Under the pieces are notes generated by a model. It ran no database searches and was not told the origin of the DNA. It saw only the letters and a list, made by a program, of their open reading frames with translations. Position numbers and translations under genes: made by a program. This document shows, one piece after another, positions 61,072 through 64,000 of a stretch of DNA of 64,000 bases (positions are counted from its first letter, which is position 1; each line of letters starts with the position of its first letter). The DNA is taken from positions 310,001 to 374,000 of the forward strand of contig NW_026515692.1 of assembly GCF_025526975.1 (NCBI RefSeq), written 5' to 3'. Origin of the DNA: Fimicolochytrium jonesii (taxonomy: Eukaryota).

Positions 61072-62934
61072 AGGATTTAGACTAGGCCCGTGTTGGATGG
61101 CGAACGGGCAAGCAGTCCTGCTTGGTAGTCTACTATGAATGATCAAGCACCGGTGAATGATCAAGCACAGAATATCAGATGTCGATCAAGGTGTTAGCTC
61201 AACTTCCAGCTAGCAGACTGAGTGGAAGATATTCAGATTTACTGCAGTCTGGATATGGTTGACAGGGCTGTGGGGAATGAGAGCATAAAATGCCTAATCT
61301 GCAAACCCTCCCATTTTTGGTCGGGTACTTGATGCTCAATGCGTTGCTATGACTTCACGTGGGTGGAGTGGGACGTTGCAACACTCTCGAATGATTTTCA
61401 CTCCAGACCAGGTTGGGAGACGTCGGAGAGTGTGCCACCGCCACGACGACGAACTCAGGTGCGGTTCGATTGATGTGCGCAAAGGACGTGTTACGCGACA
61501 CTTTCGTTGCGCACAATAGAAATCGGCGGATGTGCGTTTTGACACGGATATTTGCGGACAGGGCAGAGATGGATGCATCGGCAGTGAATGGGGTCGAGGG
61601 AAGGCGCACTAGAGGAGGTTGGATAATATGTCGGACGGGGAGCGAAGGCGCATCAAGGATCCAACATGTCTGTACGACAGTTCATCCTTCGATGCTCCCT
61701 TCTTGATGAGAGTGAAACATCTGAGCCAATGACACTCGGGATGCTCTAGCTGTATAATAGAGAATTCCGATCGTCCCCAACGACTTTTGGAACCTCGACA
61801 GCATCATGCGCATGGACACGTTCGACGAGATTCTATACAAATGACGGGGCCCAATGTCCGTGGATCTGAGAGATCGATTCGAAAACTGTACTGTACATGT
61901 CTCTACTCCCGCTGTACTCGACCGATCTTGTTTGTCCTCGTGGAATCTCGGGCGTGACCAGAAATGGGTAACTCGTGCTAAATGTGGGTAGCTCACCTCC
62001 AGAATAAGACTTTTTTACAGCCAAAGTGAACCATTTGATTAACAAACCCAACCCCTTTGCCTTCGGTGAGTCGGCCTTACCTCCTTAAATCAGGGTCTAC
62101 CCTCTCCGCTCGGCAGCTGTCTAACTAGTCTAACCCTAAACCGAGTTACTCACATCTAGCACGAGTTACCCACTTCTAGTCAATCCCGGGAATCTCGGGA
62201 CTGTGAATCACATTCACGGTGAGGTGCTTTGCACAAGATGGAGAGGGAGGATTTCGCTTTCATCGGTGTTGGGGAAAATCCATTTTCTGAGGCAAAGGAT
62301 TCGAGGGAGAGACGCCGACTAGCGAAGTGGAGACACGTTGGAGGATGGGTCCACTGGTGGTATGTGGCATCGATGTGGCAGACGGATAAGCAAAGGCTCT
62401 GGAACACTTCGCAGAAAACGCCTCGTCGTCGGGAGCATTATACCGTACGATCATGACAAAATCCACCGTTTCTGTCGAAGTCAGAAGTGCGGAGGGGGGA
62501 GGGTGTGACGTCATGGGTTATGTAACTTTTAGAATTAGAAGGTTCGCCCGGTAACCAGGTTTGCGGCGGTTGCGGCGACATGGGTTAACCATGCACTCAT
62601 CATGGACATGGACATATGTTGATTAATCTGATGAGGAGCACAGCCACATTCCGTCGCGTTTCGGCGTTTCGGCAGTTGGGACAATGGCTGGGGGGAGCCT
62701 TGGTTGGCTTGGTATTATCATTGGTGGCTGGGGGACGATGAGGAGAGACGAACGGGCGCTTGGCAATGGAACACCTCTTCGTTGACGGAGACACTCGGGC
62801 CGCTTGCCAATTGAGAGAAGCTTCGCTTAAAAGAACGTTCGCTCGCAAGAAGGTTCCCCCAACACACGGACTGCACGCCCTGACAGACACCATTCTCCTC
62901 CCCACCTACTTACTACTGATCAATCACTCCAGAC

Positions 62935-64000
62935 ATGCACAGAGTCCGCGGCAGAGCCCAGACAGAGCTGGGAAAGAGCTTCATCAACCCTCTCCGCGCT
63001 TCTTTCCGTTCCTCCCGCTCCTCACCCAACACCGTCTTTTCCTCAAACTCTCCTACCACTACCAACACCACTCCCTCAAACGCTAACCATGCGCCTACCC
63101 ACGGCGCAGATACCGTCATCGACCTCGACTCGACCGATACTGCGGGCGACGCTGCCCGCCGATCGCAGGATATCGGCGGGTCAAAAACTAAGACGCACCA
63201 GCCGCCCGTAGAACATTCCATTCTAGGCCAGATGAAAATCGCCCTGTTCAACTCCTACCTCAACATCCTGCTCGTGCTTGTCCCTGTCGGGATTGCGTTG
63301 CATTTCACGAGCGTTAGCCCCACCATCATTTTCGTCGTCAACTTTATCGCCATCATCCCTCTCGCTGGTTTACTTTGCTTCGCCACCGAAGAGCTCGCGG
63401 GCAGGACAGGCGAAGTGTTCGGCGGGCTCCTGAACGCCACCTTCGGAAACGGTAAGAGAAATTGCTTCATCCACATCGCTGACGCGGAGCACTCCAGCGG
63501 GAAAGCTGATATCAAGTTGGCGCGTCATCACCACATTTAGCCGTCGAGTTGATCGTGGCCGTCATCGCCCTCGCCAAACGCGAAGTCATCGTCGTGCAAA
63601 CCTCAATGGTCGGCTCCATTCTCTCGAACCTCCTGCTCGTGCTCGGCTGCTCCTTCCTTCTCGGCGGCTTCAACCGCTACGAACAGTATTTCAACACCAC
63701 CGTCGCGCAGTCCGCCTCTTCGCTCCTCGCGCTCGCCGTCGCGGCACTCATCATCCCCACAGCGTTCCACATGACGGCGACCTCGGCGGCTCCGAACGTC
63801 GTTAACAGCGGTATCGTCAACCTCAGCCACGCTACCGCGGTCATCTTGCTGCTCGTGTACGCCAGCTACCTCTTGTTTCAACTCAAAACACACGCCCTGC
63901 TGTTCCAGATGCCGAGCCAGAAGGTGCCCAAACGACACGAAATCCACTCCGTAGAACAGTTGACCAATTTGATCCCGTCCTCGGTCGCGTCCGCTAACCC
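62935..64000 (+). CDS. VCX1: Vacuolar Ca2+/H+ antiporter (CAX/VCX1 family), 3' end runs off window
   Basis: YLNILLVLVPVGI, NFIAIIPLAGLLCFATEELA, GGLLNATFGN|AVELIV (intron 63452-63540), VVQTSMVGSILSNLLLVLG, YLLFQLKTH. Confidence 0.93.

Overview
Eukaryotic, intron-rich fungal DNA with GT-AG introns and CTAAC/CTGAC-like branch sites. Gene content (Zn2Cys6 TF, RalGAP-beta, Pol kappa, a Crinkler-type N-terminal domain, Cache-HAMP membrane proteins) points to an early-diverging, probably chytrid, fungus; the taxonomy is an inference. Gene models were spliced by hand. Core genes: a GCN4-like bZIP factor (runs off the left edge), a 7TM GPCR-like protein, RalGAP-beta, a Zn2Cys6 TF, GSK-3, DNA polymerase kappa and a VCX1-type Ca2+/H+ antiporter (runs off the right edge). 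Two accessory-looking tracts (about 23.5-30.8 kb and 46-62.8 kb) hold three bacterial-type TM-Cache-like-TM-HAMP receptor paralogs (one a pseudogene), a CRN-header/TM/WD40 protein, a gypsy RT remnant and hairpin/tandem repeats. The top candidate for a new system is a head-to-head pair at 39.8-45.9 kb of type II membrane-anchored, bacterial-type polyamine enzyme fusions. One is an apparently active AdoMetDC(SpeD)-aminopropyltransferase(SpeE). The other is a degenerate SpeE-like plus degenerate SpeD-like protein with an intact SET methyltransferase. Together they resemble the fusions proposed for diatom long-chain polyamine synthesis. Also notable are a GAGCGAAGCGA-rich element shared, in sense orientation, by long introns of three unrelated genes, and a sawtooth C-rich/G-rich skew inside coding exons.
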